Shown here: positions 25,713 through 35,941 of the stretch, piece after piece
How positions within the stretch are numbered: position 1 is the first letter of the stretch
Layout of the letters: every line of letters begins with the position of its first letter
Sequence record: NC_007637.1
DNA length: 45,251 nt
Origin: Escherichia phage K1E
Reading direction: 5' to 3' (one strand)
The notes under the pieces: model-generated
Database searches by the model: none
What the model was told of the DNA's origin: nothing
Seen by the model: the letters and a program-made list of their open reading frames with translations, nothing else
Made by a program: the position numbers and the translations under genes

Positions 25713-25748
25713 CCCTATCTACCTTGCGTAGGTAGGGTTCTTTTTGTT
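25713..25748 (+). terminator. Hairpin terminator after the major capsid gene
   Basis: ccctatcta-ccttgcg-taggtaggg (9-bp stem with one G-U pair) followed by ttctttttgtt. Confidence 0.6.
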
Positions 25749-25758
25749 AGGAGGATTC

Positions 25759-26496
25759 ATGCCTGTAATTAGACAAACCAGTAAAGTAGGACATATGATG
25801 GAAGATGTGGCCTTCCAGATTATTGATAGTAAGCTGGAAGCGGTAAACTTGTGTATGCGAGCTATTGGTCGTGAGGGTGTGGATTCTCTCGACTCAGGTG
25901 ACTTGGACGCAGAAGATGCAAGCAAGATGATCGACATCGTATCCCAGCGATTCCAGTACAACAAAGGAGGTGGCTGGTGGTTCAATCGTGAACCAAACTG
26001 GCAGATTGCACCTGATACCAATGGTGAAGTCAATCTACCTAACAACTGCCTAGCAGTATTGCAGTGTTATGCTTTGGGTGAGAAGAAAGTACCCATGACT
26101 ATGCGAGCAGGTAAGCTCTACTCTACATGGAGTCATACCTTTGATATGCGTAAGCATGTGAATGCTAATGGTATGATTCGTCTTACCTTACTTACCTTAC
26201 TTCCATATGAGCATCTACCTACTAGTGTAATGCAGGCTATTGCCTATCAAGCTGCTGTAGAGTTTATTGTGTCTAAGGATGCAGATCAGACTAAGCTAGC
26301 CACTGCACAGCAGATTGCCACTCAGCTTCTAATGGATGTGCAATCAGAACAAATGTCACAAAAGCGATTGAATATGCTTGTACATAATCCTACGCAGCGT
26401 CAGTTCGGTATTATGGCAGGTGGTTCTCAGAATGTACCTGCTTACTCTCATTCACCATATGACAGTTGGGCACTTCGTCCGTGGGAGGATCGTTAA
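25759..26496 (+). CDS. Tail tubular protein A (T7 gp11-like, 245 aa)
   Basis: Track ORF trimmed to ATG 25759 (AGGAGG upstream); ...IGREGVDSLDSGDLDAEDASKMIDIVSQRFQYNKGGGWWFN resembles T7 gp11. Confidence 0.7.
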   Translation: MPVIRQTSKVGHMMEDVAFQIIDSKLEAVNLCMRAIGREGVDSLDSGDLDAEDASKMIDIVSQRFQYNKGGGWWFNREPNWQIAPDTNGEVNLPNNCLAVLQCYALGEKKVPMTMRAGKLYSTWSHTFDMRKHVNANGMIRLTLLTLLPYEHLPTSVMQAIAYQAAVEFIVSKDADQTKLATAQQIATQLLMDVQSEQMSQKRLNMLVHNPTQRQFGIMAGGSQNVPAYSHSPYDSWALRPWEDR

Positions 26497-28898
26497 TGGA
26501 AGTACAAGGTTCATTAGGGAGGCAAATCCAAGGGATTAGCCAGCAACCTCCAGCGGTACGTCTTGATGGTCAATGTACGACTATGGTGAACATGGTCCCT
26601 GATGTAGTGAATGGAACTCAATCCCGCATGGGTACAACTCACATTGCTAAGCTCTTGGATGAAGGTACAGATAATATGGCAACGCACCATTATCGCAGGG
26701 GTGAGGGGGATGAAGAGTATTTCTTCACCTTAAAGAAGGGGCAAGTGCCAGAGATATTTGATAAGCATGGACGCAAGTGCAATGTCATCTCTCAAGATGC
26801 ACCTATGACCTACCTTTCTGAAGTTGTTAACCCTAGGGAAGATGTGCAATTCATGACTATAGCTGATGTTACTTTTATGCTTAACCGTAGGAAAGTGGTT
26901 AAAGTTAGTAATAGGAAGTCACCTAAAGTTGGAGATAAAGCCATTGTGTTTTGTGCATATGGTCAATACGGTACATCTTATTCTATCATAATTAATGGAA
27001 CTACAGCTGCTAGTTTTAAAACACCAGATGGGGGAAGTGCAGAACATGTTGAACAAATACGAACGGAACGTATCACTTCTGAATTGTACTCCAAGTTGCA
27101 GCAATGGAGTGGTGTGAATGACTATGAAATACAAAGAGATGGTACGAGCATATTTATAGAGAGACGCGATGGTAAAAGTTTCACAGTAACAACTACCGAT
27201 GGTGCAAAAGGTAAGGACTTAGTGGCTATCAAGAATAAAGTTAGCTCTACTGACCTACTCCCTTCTCGTGCGCCTGCTGGTTATAAAGTACAAGTGTGGC
27301 CTACTGGCAGCAAACCTGAGTCTCGTTACTGGCTGCAAGCTGAGCCTAAAGAGGGAAACCTTGTGTCTTGGAAAGAAACAATAGCTGCTGATGTATTACT
27401 TGGGTTTGATAAAGGCACAATGCCTTACATTATTGAACGTACAGGTATCATCGACGGCATAGCTCAATTCAAGATAAGACAAGGTGATTGGGAAGATCGT
27501 AAAGTAGGGGATGACTTGACTAACCCTATGCCCTCTTTTATTGATGAGGAAGTACCCCAGACAATAGGTGGAATGTTCATGGTGCAGAACCGCCTATGCT
27601 TTACAGCAGGTGAAGCGGTTATTGCTTCTCGTACATCATACTTCTTCGATTTCTTTCGTTATACGGTTATCTCTGCATTGGCAACTGACCCATTTGATAT
27701 TTTCTCAGATGCGAGTGAAGTCTACCAGCTAAAACATGCAGTGACCTTAGATGGCGCTACCGTATTGTTCTCTGATAAGTCACAATTCATACTGCCAGGA
27801 GATAAGCCTTTAGAGAAGTCAAATGCATTGCTTAAGCCTGTTACAACATTTGAAGTGAACAATAAAGTGAAGCCAGTAGTAACTGGTGAATCGGTAATGT
27901 TTGCCACTAATGATGGTTCTTACTCTGGTGTACGAGAGTTCTATACGGACTCTTATAGTGACACTAAGAAGGCACAAGCAATCACAAGTCATGTGAATAA
28001 ACTCATCGAAGGTAACATTACCAACATGGCAGCAAGCACCAATGTCAATAGGCTACTTGTCACTACTGATAAGTATCGTAACATAATTTACTGCTATGAT
28101 TGGTTATGGCAAGGTACAGACCGTGTACAATCAGCATGGCATGTATGGGAGTGGCCTATGGGTACAAAGGTGCGAGGTATGTTTTATTCTGGTGAATTAC
28201 TTTATCTACTCCTTGAGCGAGGCGATGGCGTCTATCTGGAGAAGATGGACATGGGTGATGCACTAACCTATGGTTTGAATGACCGCATCAGAATGGATAG
28301 GCAAGCAGAGTTGATCTTCAAGCATTTTAAAGCAGAAGATGAATGGATATCTGAACCACTTCCTTGGACTCCTACTAACCCAGAACTTTTGGATTGCATC
28401 TTAATAGAAGGGTGGGATTCATATATTGGAGGTTCTTTCCTGTTCAAATATAAACCTAGTGATAACACCTTGTCTACAACCTTTGACATGCATGATGATA
28501 ACCACGTAAAAGCGAAGGTTATTGTTGGTCAGATTTACCCTCAAGAGTTTGAACCTACACCTGTAGTTATCAGAGATAGGCAAGACCGTGTATCCTATAT
28601 TGATGTACCTGTTGTGGGGTTGGTTCACCTTAATCTTGATATGTATCCTGATTTCTCCGTGGAAGTTAAGAATGTGAAGAGTGGTAAAGTACGCAGGGTG
28701 CTAGCGTCAAACCGTATAGGTGGTGCTCTCAACAACACAGTAGGTTATGTTGAACCAAGGGAGGGTGTCTTCAGATTCCCACTGAGGGCTAAGAGTACGG
28801 ATGCTGTTTATCGTATTATTGTAGAATCACCTCATACATTCCAGCTTCGCGATATTGAGTGGGAAGGGAGCTACAATCCAACCAAAAGGAGGGTCTAA
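26496..28898 (+). CDS. Tail tubular protein B (T7 gp12-like, 800 aa)
   Basis: Track ORF trimmed to ATG 26496 (TAATG overlap, GGGAGG upstream); GISQQP motif near the N-terminus as in T7 gp12. Confidence 0.8.
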   Translation: MEVQGSLGRQIQGISQQPPAVRLDGQCTTMVNMVPDVVNGTQSRMGTTHIAKLLDEGTDNMATHHYRRGEGDEEYFFTLKKGQVPEIFDKHGRKCNVISQDAPMTYLSEVVNPREDVQFMTIADVTFMLNRRKVVKVSNRKSPKVGDKAIVFCAYGQYGTSYSIIINGTTAASFKTPDGGSAEHVEQIRTERITSELYSKLQQWSGVNDYEIQRDGTSIFIERRDGKSFTVTTTDGAKGKDLVAIKNKVSSTDLLPSRAPAGYKVQVWPTGSKPESRYWLQAEPKEGNLVSWKETIAADVLLGFDKGTMPYIIERTGIIDGIAQFKIRQGDWEDRKVGDDLTNPMPSFIDEEVPQTIGGMFMVQNRLCFTAGEAVIASRTSYFFDFFRYTVISALATDPFDIFSDASEVYQLKHAVTLDGATVLFSDKSQFILPGDKPLEKSNALLKPVTTFEVNNKVKPVVTGESVMFATNDGSYSGVREFYTDSYSDTKKAQAITSHVNKLIEGNITNMAASTNVNRLLVTTDKYRNIIYCYDWLWQGTDRVQSAWHVWEWPMGTKVRGMFYSGELLYLLLERGDGVYLEKMDMGDALTYGLNDRIRMDRQAELIFKHFKAEDEWISEPLPWTPTNPELLDCILIEGWDSYIGGSFLFKYKPSDNTLSTTFDMHDDNHVKAKVIVGQIYPQEFEPTPVVIRDRQDRVSYIDVPVVGLVHLNLDMYPDFSVEVKNVKSGKVRRVLASNRIGGALNNTVGYVEPREGVFRFPLRAKSTDAVYRIIVESPHTFQLRDIEWEGSYNPTKRRV

Positions 28899-29620
28899 TG
28901 GCTATAGGTTCAGCCGTTATGGCTGGTATGTCTTCTATTGGTAGCATGTTTGCAGGCAGTGGTGCAGCAGCCGCTGCTGGAGGTGCTGCCGCAGGTGGCG
29001 GAGGTTTGCTAGGTTCACTAGGTGGATTCCTAAGTGGCTCCACTGCTGGTTTCTCTAATGCTGGCCTTCTTGGTGCTGGCCTTCAAGGGTTAGGCTTGAT
29101 TGGTGATCTATTTGGTGGAAGTGATGAAGCCAAGGCGATGAAGAAAGCACAAGAAGAGCAATGGCGGCAGCAGCTTATTGCTACACAAGAGGCGTACAAG
29201 ACAGTGGCAGACGCAGAACGTTCTGCTGCTAAACAATATCATGCAGATGCAATCAGTAATCAGGCTTCACTGCTACAGCAGCGAGCACAGGTTGCATTAC
29301 TTGCTGGGGCTACTGGTACTGGTGGTAATTCTGTGTCCTCTATGCTTAATGACTTAGCAGCAGATGGCGGCAGGAACCAGAGTACCATCATTGATAACTA
29401 TGAGAATCAGAAGATTAATTTCACCAACCAACTTAAGTCTATCCAACGTGGTGGTCAGATGCAGATGCGTGAGTTTAAGAAGCCTTCTGCTATGAGTACC
29501 TTGGTTCAAGGTATTCCAAGTCTGGCATCTGCCTATGTAACTGGTAGTAAGTCTGGCAAGGCATTGGGTAAAGCCTTAACTGATTCTCGTACATATTCAT
29601 CTGGAACAAGAGGTATTTAA
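28898..29620 (+). CDS. Internal virion protein, Gly/Ala-rich (240 aa)
   Basis: Track ORF trimmed to ATG 28898 (TAATG overlap, AAAGGAGGG upstream); position matches the T7 gp13/gp14 region. Confidence 0.55.
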   Translation: MAIGSAVMAGMSSIGSMFAGSGAAAAAGGAAAGGGGLLGSLGGFLSGSTAGFSNAGLLGAGLQGLGLIGDLFGGSDEAKAMKKAQEEQWRQQLIATQEAYKTVADAERSAAKQYHADAISNQASLLQQRAQVALLAGATGTGGNSVSSMLNDLAADGGRNQSTIIDNYENQKINFTNQLKSIQRGGQMQMREFKKPSAMSTLVQGIPSLASAYVTGSKSGKALGKALTDSRTYSSGTRGI

Positions 29621-32568
29621 TGGCAATTGAGCGACAAGCAGTACAAGGTCTGCCACAAGTGCAGGCCACTTCTCCTAATGTCATGACCTTTGCACCTCAA
29701 CAAGTGGGAGGTGTGGAGGCTGGCGTGGCTTCTACCTCCGGTAGTAGGTTTATCGAAGACCTTATTCGTGCAGCCAGCAGTGTGGCTGATGTTACCACTG
29801 GTATCCTTAATCAGAAGATTGAGGAAGATAAGGTTGTTCAAATGGAACGGGCATATAACGGACTAATGCCTTCTGAGGATGCAACTCGTGGTGGCGCTCG
29901 TGCTAACATGCTTGTCAAAGCTCAACTGCTAGCTAATGATGAAGCAGCACGAATGAAAGACATGGCTACTCGTTTCCAAGGGACGGATGACGAGTGGACA
30001 CAACTTATGGTTGACTCTCGTAATGAGATGCAGAATAAGCTGTTCCAGCAATACCCTGAGTTGCAAGGTGACAAAGATACTATGCGTATGGTCACTAATG
30101 TCTTCCAAGAACAGCAGCCTCAGATTTGGGCTACACGAACCCAGCATAAACTTGACCGTGAACAAGCAGACCGGGAGGATACCTTTGACGGGCGAGTGGC
30201 TTCTACTTGGGATCCTAATATTGACCCTGAAGCATCTGGCTATGCTTTACAGGAACGAATCCGCGAAGGTCTTACTCAAGGATTACTACCTGAACAGATG
30301 CACAAGAAGTTAGTCCAGCGAGCAATTTCACTTGCACAAGGCGGTGATGTTAGCATGGCTGAAGCCCTGAAGTATGTGAAGGACGATAAGGGTGTTTCTG
30401 TTTATGCTAAGAATCCACAGCTTATCACAGCCATCACTAGTGGTAATGCAGTTTGGGCTAGGAATAATGTAGCTGATGTAACTCGTATGTCTTTCGAAGT
30501 TAAAGAATCATACCTTGCAGGTGATTTAACTGATGAAGAATTGTTGGAACGAGCACAGCACATTAATAATCTGACAGGTAACTCTGTCTTCTCTAATCCA
30601 GAACTAGAGGCACTGATGCGCCAACGGGCTAAGCAGAATGCAGAGCTAGGTGCAATGCAGGATATGCGACGTGAGCTTTACTCCGACCGCCTGACTGGCT
30701 TCCAAGGTAAGACTGATAAAGAGAAGAAGGCTTACATTGATGTTATCAAACAGGATAGCCAACTTTATGCAGACCAGCAAATCAAACAACGTGGCTTGGA
30801 CCCTTACAGTCAAGAGGCTGAAGCTATTCGTGGTGCAGTGGAAGTGCAGCGCCTGCAATTCATGAACTCCAAAGGTTTAGTGGATGATACCTTTGAATCT
30901 CGTATCAAGGCTATGGAATCCATGCTATCACCTGAGCACTTTGCTAAAGGTGAACCACAGGAGTTAATGACCATTCGTCAGTTGTGGGAGCAGTTACCTG
31001 AAGAAAGTCGAGGTGTCTTCGGTGACACTGTGAACGGTTATATGGATAACTACAATACTGCATTACAAATGGGAGAGACACCTTTGCAGGCTGCAAGGTT
31101 TGCCCGTGAAGCACAGCAGAAATTCTCTCGTACTGAGAAGGAAACCAAGAAGTTCAACTCCGCTATTGGAGATGCACTGGATGAGGTATCTGGTGCTGGC
31201 TGGTTTGATGGTAAAACCGAGGTGTCAGACTTAGGTAAAGCTATTGCGGAAGAAGAGTTACGAGCTAAGGCCAATATGTTGTGGTCTAGCGGTATGCGTA
31301 ACATGGATTCTATCAAGAAGGCTTTAATCACTTGGGGCAATAAACGCTACACTCAATCAGAGGATGCAAAGACTTCCGGTGGCTATTTCATTAAAGGTGA
31401 TTACACTTCTGCATCTGATATGCTTATGTCAGTTGGGAAAGGTGTAAACCCTACCGATGTCCCTCTGGCGCTTGGTAGGTATGTAGAAACACAGATGCCA
31501 GAATTGAAGAAGGAGCTTCAAGAGTGGGAAACTAAGGATGATGTGTACATTGATTACAATGAACAGAAAGGAACTTTTGTGATTCGTGCTGGTGCAGCAG
31601 GTCGCCCTCTTTCTGGAGTAATCCCTGTAACTTCTTTGGATACCACTTCACTACTGGATTCTGCCTATCAGAAGAAAGTAGAAGAACGAGATAAAGGCGA
31701 GTATGTTCATCCCTATCGTACAGATATCGGTGCACAAGAACCAATGCCAGCTAAGCCAACTGCCAAAGATATTGGTAAATTAGGATTAGCTAACTTCCTC
31801 ATGTCTTCTGCTTTTGCTTCTGGTGAGAATCTACCTTCTAACTTCGAGATTAACTATCGAGGCAATATGCAACAATTCTATGACAAGCTAGCTATGGATG
31901 AGAATAAAGATAAAGTTGGCTTTAATAAGGCAACTGGAACCTTTACTCCATATAAAGACGCTCACGGTGAGTCTATCGGTTACGGTCATTTCTTAACGGA
32001 AGAAGAGAAGCGAGACGGGTATATTAAGATTGGCGATGAACTAGTTCCCTATCGAGGGTCTATGTCTCAGCTTACAGAGAGTAAGGCTCGCGCTCTTATG
32101 GAGCAAGATGCTAGGAAGCATGTGCCTCCTACTCGTGACTGGAAGATTCCGTTTGACCAGATGCATCCTGCACAGCAACGTGGCTTGATGGATTTAACCT
32201 ACAATTTAGGTAAAGGTGGAATCCAGAACTCACCGCGTGCTCTTGCTGCATTCAAAGCTGGTAAGCTTACGGAAGGCTTTATCGAAATGCTGGGTACTGC
32301 ATCAAGTGAAGGTAAACGTATTCCGGGCCTACTGAAGCGACGCGCTGAGGCATACAATATGGCAGCTGCTGGTGGTGTACCTAAGATCACAGAAGTGGAG
32401 ACGAGGGAAGATGGCTCTATGTGGGTTAAGTTTGGTGGACCTATGCCAGCAGGCTCTGTTTCTGCGTGGACGCATAAACGTATTGGAGCCGATGGCTGGT
32501 ATCAGGTTTATGAGGCTGCACCTACCAAGTTAGCTAAAGACTCTAAGGTAGGTAAAGTTAAATTGTAG
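29620..32568 (+). CDS. Internal virion protein with C-terminal lysozyme-like (T4 lysozyme/GH24-type) domain (982 aa)
   Basis: GESIGYGHFLTEEEK, QRGLMDLTYNLGKGG and KRIPGLLKRRAEAYN parallel T4 lysozyme (YYTIGIGHLLTK, RCALINMVFQMGETG, NRAKRVITTFRTG). Confidence 0.65.
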   Translation: MAIERQAVQGLPQVQATSPNVMTFAPQQVGGVEAGVASTSGSRFIEDLIRAASSVADVTTGILNQKIEEDKVVQMERAYNGLMPSEDATRGGARANMLVKAQLLANDEAARMKDMATRFQGTDDEWTQLMVDSRNEMQNKLFQQYPELQGDKDTMRMVTNVFQEQQPQIWATRTQHKLDREQADREDTFDGRVASTWDPNIDPEASGYALQERIREGLTQGLLPEQMHKKLVQRAISLAQGGDVSMAEALKYVKDDKGVSVYAKNPQLITAITSGNAVWARNNVADVTRMSFEVKESYLAGDLTDEELLERAQHINNLTGNSVFSNPELEALMRQRAKQNAELGAMQDMRRELYSDRLTGFQGKTDKEKKAYIDVIKQDSQLYADQQIKQRGLDPYSQEAEAIRGAVEVQRLQFMNSKGLVDDTFESRIKAMESMLSPEHFAKGEPQELMTIRQLWEQLPEESRGVFGDTVNGYMDNYNTALQMGETPLQAARFAREAQQKFSRTEKETKKFNSAIGDALDEVSGAGWFDGKTEVSDLGKAIAEEELRAKANMLWSSGMRNMDSIKKALITWGNKRYTQSEDAKTSGGYFIKGDYTSASDMLMSVGKGVNPTDVPLALGRYVETQMPELKKELQEWETKDDVYIDYNEQKGTFVIRAGAAGRPLSGVIPVTSLDTTSLLDSAYQKKVEERDKGEYVHPYRTDIGAQEPMPAKPTAKDIGKLGLANFLMSSAFASGENLPSNFEINYRGNMQQFYDKLAMDENKDKVGFNKATGTFTPYKDAHGESIGYGHFLTEEEKRDGYIKIGDELVPYRGSMSQLTESKARALMEQDARKHVPPTRDWKIPFDQMHPAQQRGLMDLTYNLGKGGIQNSPRALAAFKAGKLTEGFIEMLGTASSEGKRIPGLLKRRAEAYNMAAAGGVPKITEVETREDGSMWVKFGGPMPAGSVSAWTHKRIGADGWYQVYEAAPTKLAKDSKVGKVKL

Positions 32569-32582
32569 TACCTAACTCAAGG

Positions 32583-32604
32583 CTTGTCTCACATGTGAGA
32601 CAGG
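32583..32604 (+). terminator. Palindromic hairpin (core GTCTCACATGTGAGAC, 32586..32601); terminator-like
   Basis: cttgtctcacatgtgagacagg followed by tcttta. Confidence 0.5.
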
Positions 32605-32632
32605 TCTTTATGATAGGCACTATGGAGGAACT

Positions 32633-35600
32633 ATGGAACAAGATATTAAGACTAATTGGGCTGGATATGTCCAGTCTACTCCTGAGCCGTTTTCTATTGA
32701 GGCGGCTCCGGTATCGGCTCCTACGATACGCCAGCGTAATGAGTTACAAGAGCAAGTTCTTGAAGCCAAAGCTGATGCGGACATCTTAGGTGCTGTAGGT
32801 GCTGCCTTCCAGAATGAATGGTTGGCATTCGGAGGTAAGCGATGGTATGACCGTGCCACTGCTGATTTCACACCCCAACCTGACTTTGAAATCCAACCAG
32901 AGCAACGTGAAGCACTACGTTTCAAATATGGTACGGATATGATGCAGACAATCACTGAGGGTGTTCGTTCTGAGGATGAATTGAACTTCCGTATTCAGAA
33001 TGCTGATGAAGACCTTGAGCGCAATAAGCGCATTGCTCAGGCTGGATGGGCCGGCTCTGTGGCAACGATTGGCGCTGCTGTGCTTGACCCAGTGGGTTGG
33101 GTTGCCTCTATTCCAACCGGTGGTGCAGCTAAAGTTGGACTCGTAGGCCGTGCTGTGCGTGGCGCTATCGCCGCTGGCGTGAGTAATGCCGCTATTGAAT
33201 CCGTATTGGTCCAAGGTGACATGACTCGTGATTTAGATGACATTATGGTAGCACTAGGTTCCGGTATGGCTATGGGTGGCGTTATTGGAGCTGTAGCGCG
33301 TGGTAGGGCCACTAAGCTCAGTGAGCAAGGGGATGACAGGGCTGCGAGCATTGTGCGCAGTGCAGACGCAGGGGACCGCTATGTGCGTGCTGTTGCTGAT
33401 GACAGTATCGGTGCGATGCGTGTTAAGGGCGAAGAGGTACTCACTGAGGGTGCATTTGATATCTCTAGCAAAGGTGAAGATTTGCTGAAAACCCTACAGC
33501 GGGAAGGTAATGCAATTGATATGACACCTCGCCGCTGGGCCGGAACTATGTCTGCCCTTGGGACTGTCGTGCACTCCTCTCAGGATGCTAGTGTTCGTGG
33601 CCTCGGTGCTCGCCTGTTTGAGTCTCCGCAAGGTTTAGGTATGCAAAAGGCATCTGCCAGTCTTATGCAGAATACCAACTTGAATCGACTGAAGTCTGCT
33701 GATATGAACCGTTTCAATGACGGGTTTGACTTATGGCTCAAAGAAAATAATATCAATCCAGTTGCAGGCCATACTAACTCTCACTATGTGCAGCAATATA
33801 ATGAGAAGGTATGGGAAGCTGTACGCATCGGTATGGATGAGGCTACGCCTAAGTCTATCCGTATGGCAGCAGAGGGGCAGCAAGCTATGTATCGTGAAGC
33901 ATTAGCATTACGTCAACGCTCTGGTGAAGCTGGGTTTGAAAAGGTTAAAGCAGATGATAAGTACATGCCTGATATTTTTGACAGTATGAAGGCTCGTCGT
34001 CAATTCGGTATGCACGATAAAGAAGATATCATTGAGTTATTCTCTCGTGCTTATCAGAACGGCGCTCGTAAAATTCCAAAAGAAGTAGCGGATGAAATTG
34101 CACGAGCACAAGTAAACCGTGTTGTGGATGCCACTCTGACAGGACGTATGAGTTTCGAAAAGGCTATGTCTGGTCAGACTAAAGCAGAGTATGAAGCAAT
34201 AATGCGCAAGGCAGGCTTCAGTGATGAAGAAATTGAAAAGATGGTAGAAGCTCTGGATAATAAAGAAACCAAAGATAATATCTCTAACCGAGCTAAGATG
34301 AGTTTAGGCTTAGATGTTACTCAAGAGTACAATGGCATTCGTATGCGTGACTTTATGAATACTAACGTGGAAGAGTTAACAGATAACTACATGAAGGAAG
34401 CGGCAGGTGGTGCTGCCTTGGCTCGTCAAGGTTTCTCTACCTATCAGGCTGCACTTAATGCAATTGACCTTGTAGAGCGAAATGCACGAAATGCAGCTAA
34501 AGATACAAAAGCACACGCACAATTTGAAGCGGAGTCTGCTAAGATTCGTCAATCAGAGCCTGATTACAAGAAGGCACAAGAGAAGATTGAAGAGCTAAAG
34601 AAGCGACTTAAATTGAAAGAGAAAGATGAAGCAGCAGGTCTGGCTATTGATGAAGAAATCCGTCAGATGCGAGAAGGGCTTCGCTTGATTATGGGTAAAT
34701 CTATCGATGCAGACCCACAGGCTTTGTCTACTAAAATGCTGCGTCGTGGTCGTGACATCACAGGCGTACTTCGCTTAGGTCAGATGGGTTTCGCACAGCT
34801 AGGTGAACTTGCTAACTTCATGGGTGAGTTTGGTATTGCTGCAACCACTATAGCTTTAGGTAAGCAATTCCGCTTTACATCTAAGGCTTTGCGGAGCGGT
34901 GATGGCTTCTTCCGAGATAAGAACTTGGCAGAAGTAGAGAGGATGGTAGGTTACATTGGTGAGGATAACTGGCTAACAACCAAGGGTGCACGTCCAGATG
35001 AGTTTGGTGATGTAACCACAGTAAAAGGAATGATGGCTCACTTTGACCAATCCATGAACTCAATACGTCGTGCTCAAACCAACCTATCACTCTTCCGCAT
35101 GGCACAGGGTTCTCTGGAGCGAATGACCAATAGGCAAATAGCTTTGTCTTTCATTGACCACCTTGAAGGCAAGAAGATTATTCCTCAGAAGAAACTGGAG
35201 GAACTTGGTCTTACTCAGGAGTTCATGACTAACCTACAGAAGCACTATGATGCTAACTCTAAAGGTTCTGGCTTGCTTGGCTTTGATACAATGCCTTATG
35301 CCATGGGTGAAACTTTAGCTAATGCTATTCGTCGTAAGTCAGGTCTAATTATCCAACGTAACTTCATTGGTGATGAAGGTATCTGGATGAACAAAGCACT
35401 AGGTAAGACATTTGCACAGCTTAAGTCATTCTCTCTTGTATCTGGTGAGAAGCAATTTGGTCGAGGGATTCGCCACGATAAAATTGGTCTTGCTAAGAAG
35501 ACAGCTTACGGGTTTGCTTTGGGTTCAATAGTGTATGCGGCAAAAGCCTATGTGAACTCTATTGGGCGAGAAGACCAAGATGAATATTTGGAAGAGAAGT

Positions 35601-35941
35601 TATCGCCTAAAGGGTTGGCCTTTGGTGCAATGGGTATGATGAGTACAACTGCTGTATTTAGTCTAGGTGGAGATTTCTTAGGTGGCCTAGGTGTTCTACC
35701 TTCTGAGTTAGTACAATCCCGTTATGAGGCTGGCTTTCAGACTAAAGGTTTGATAGACCAAATACCACTAGTAGGTGTTGGTCAAGATGCATATCGTTTA
35801 GCAGATTCTATAACTAAATATGCAGAGGGTGATACAGAAGGTGTAGATGTGGCACGTAGGGCTTTACGCTTAGTGCCTCTAACTAATGTAATAGGAATCC
35901 AGAACGCATTGCGTTATGGCTTAGATGAACTGGAGGATTGA
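32633..35941 (+). CDS. Large internal virion protein (T7 gp16-like ejection protein, 1102 aa)
   Basis: GGAGG RBS; size and position between the lysozyme-domain protein and the tail-fiber adaptor. Confidence 0.6.
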   Translation: MEQDIKTNWAGYVQSTPEPFSIEAAPVSAPTIRQRNELQEQVLEAKADADILGAVGAAFQNEWLAFGGKRWYDRATADFTPQPDFEIQPEQREALRFKYGTDMMQTITEGVRSEDELNFRIQNADEDLERNKRIAQAGWAGSVATIGAAVLDPVGWVASIPTGGAAKVGLVGRAVRGAIAAGVSNAAIESVLVQGDMTRDLDDIMVALGSGMAMGGVIGAVARGRATKLSEQGDDRAASIVRSADAGDRYVRAVADDSIGAMRVKGEEVLTEGAFDISSKGEDLLKTLQREGNAIDMTPRRWAGTMSALGTVVHSSQDASVRGLGARLFESPQGLGMQKASASLMQNTNLNRLKSADMNRFNDGFDLWLKENNINPVAGHTNSHYVQQYNEKVWEAVRIGMDEATPKSIRMAAEGQQAMYREALALRQRSGEAGFEKVKADDKYMPDIFDSMKARRQFGMHDKEDIIELFSRAYQNGARKIPKEVADEIARAQVNRVVDATLTGRMSFEKAMSGQTKAEYEAIMRKAGFSDEEIEKMVEALDNKETKDNISNRAKMSLGLDVTQEYNGIRMRDFMNTNVEELTDNYMKEAAGGAALARQGFSTYQAALNAIDLVERNARNAAKDTKAHAQFEAESAKIRQSEPDYKKAQEKIEELKKRLKLKEKDEAAGLAIDEEIRQMREGLRLIMGKSIDADPQALSTKMLRRGRDITGVLRLGQMGFAQLGELANFMGEFGIAATTIALGKQFRFTSKALRSGDGFFRDKNLAEVERMVGYIGEDNWLTTKGARPDEFGDVTTVKGMMAHFDQSMNSIRRAQTNLSLFRMAQGSLERMTNRQIALSFIDHLEGKKIIPQKKLEELGLTQEFMTNLQKHYDANSKGSGLLGFDTMPYAMGETLANAIRRKSGLIIQRNFIGDEGIWMNKALGKTFAQLKSFSLVSGEKQFGRGIRHDKIGLAKKTAYGFALGSIVYAAKAYVNSIGREDQDEYLEEKLSPKGLAFGAMGMMSTTAVFSLGGDFLGGLGVLPSELVQSRYEAGFQTKGLIDQIPLVGVGQDAYRLADSITKYAEGDTEGVDVARRALRLVPLTNVIGIQNALRYGLDELED

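Noticed and set aside
32595-32789. 64-aa ORF on the + strand
   Set aside because: It starts inside the hairpin and intergenic region and overlaps the well-supported 32633 gene in another frame; no RBS.
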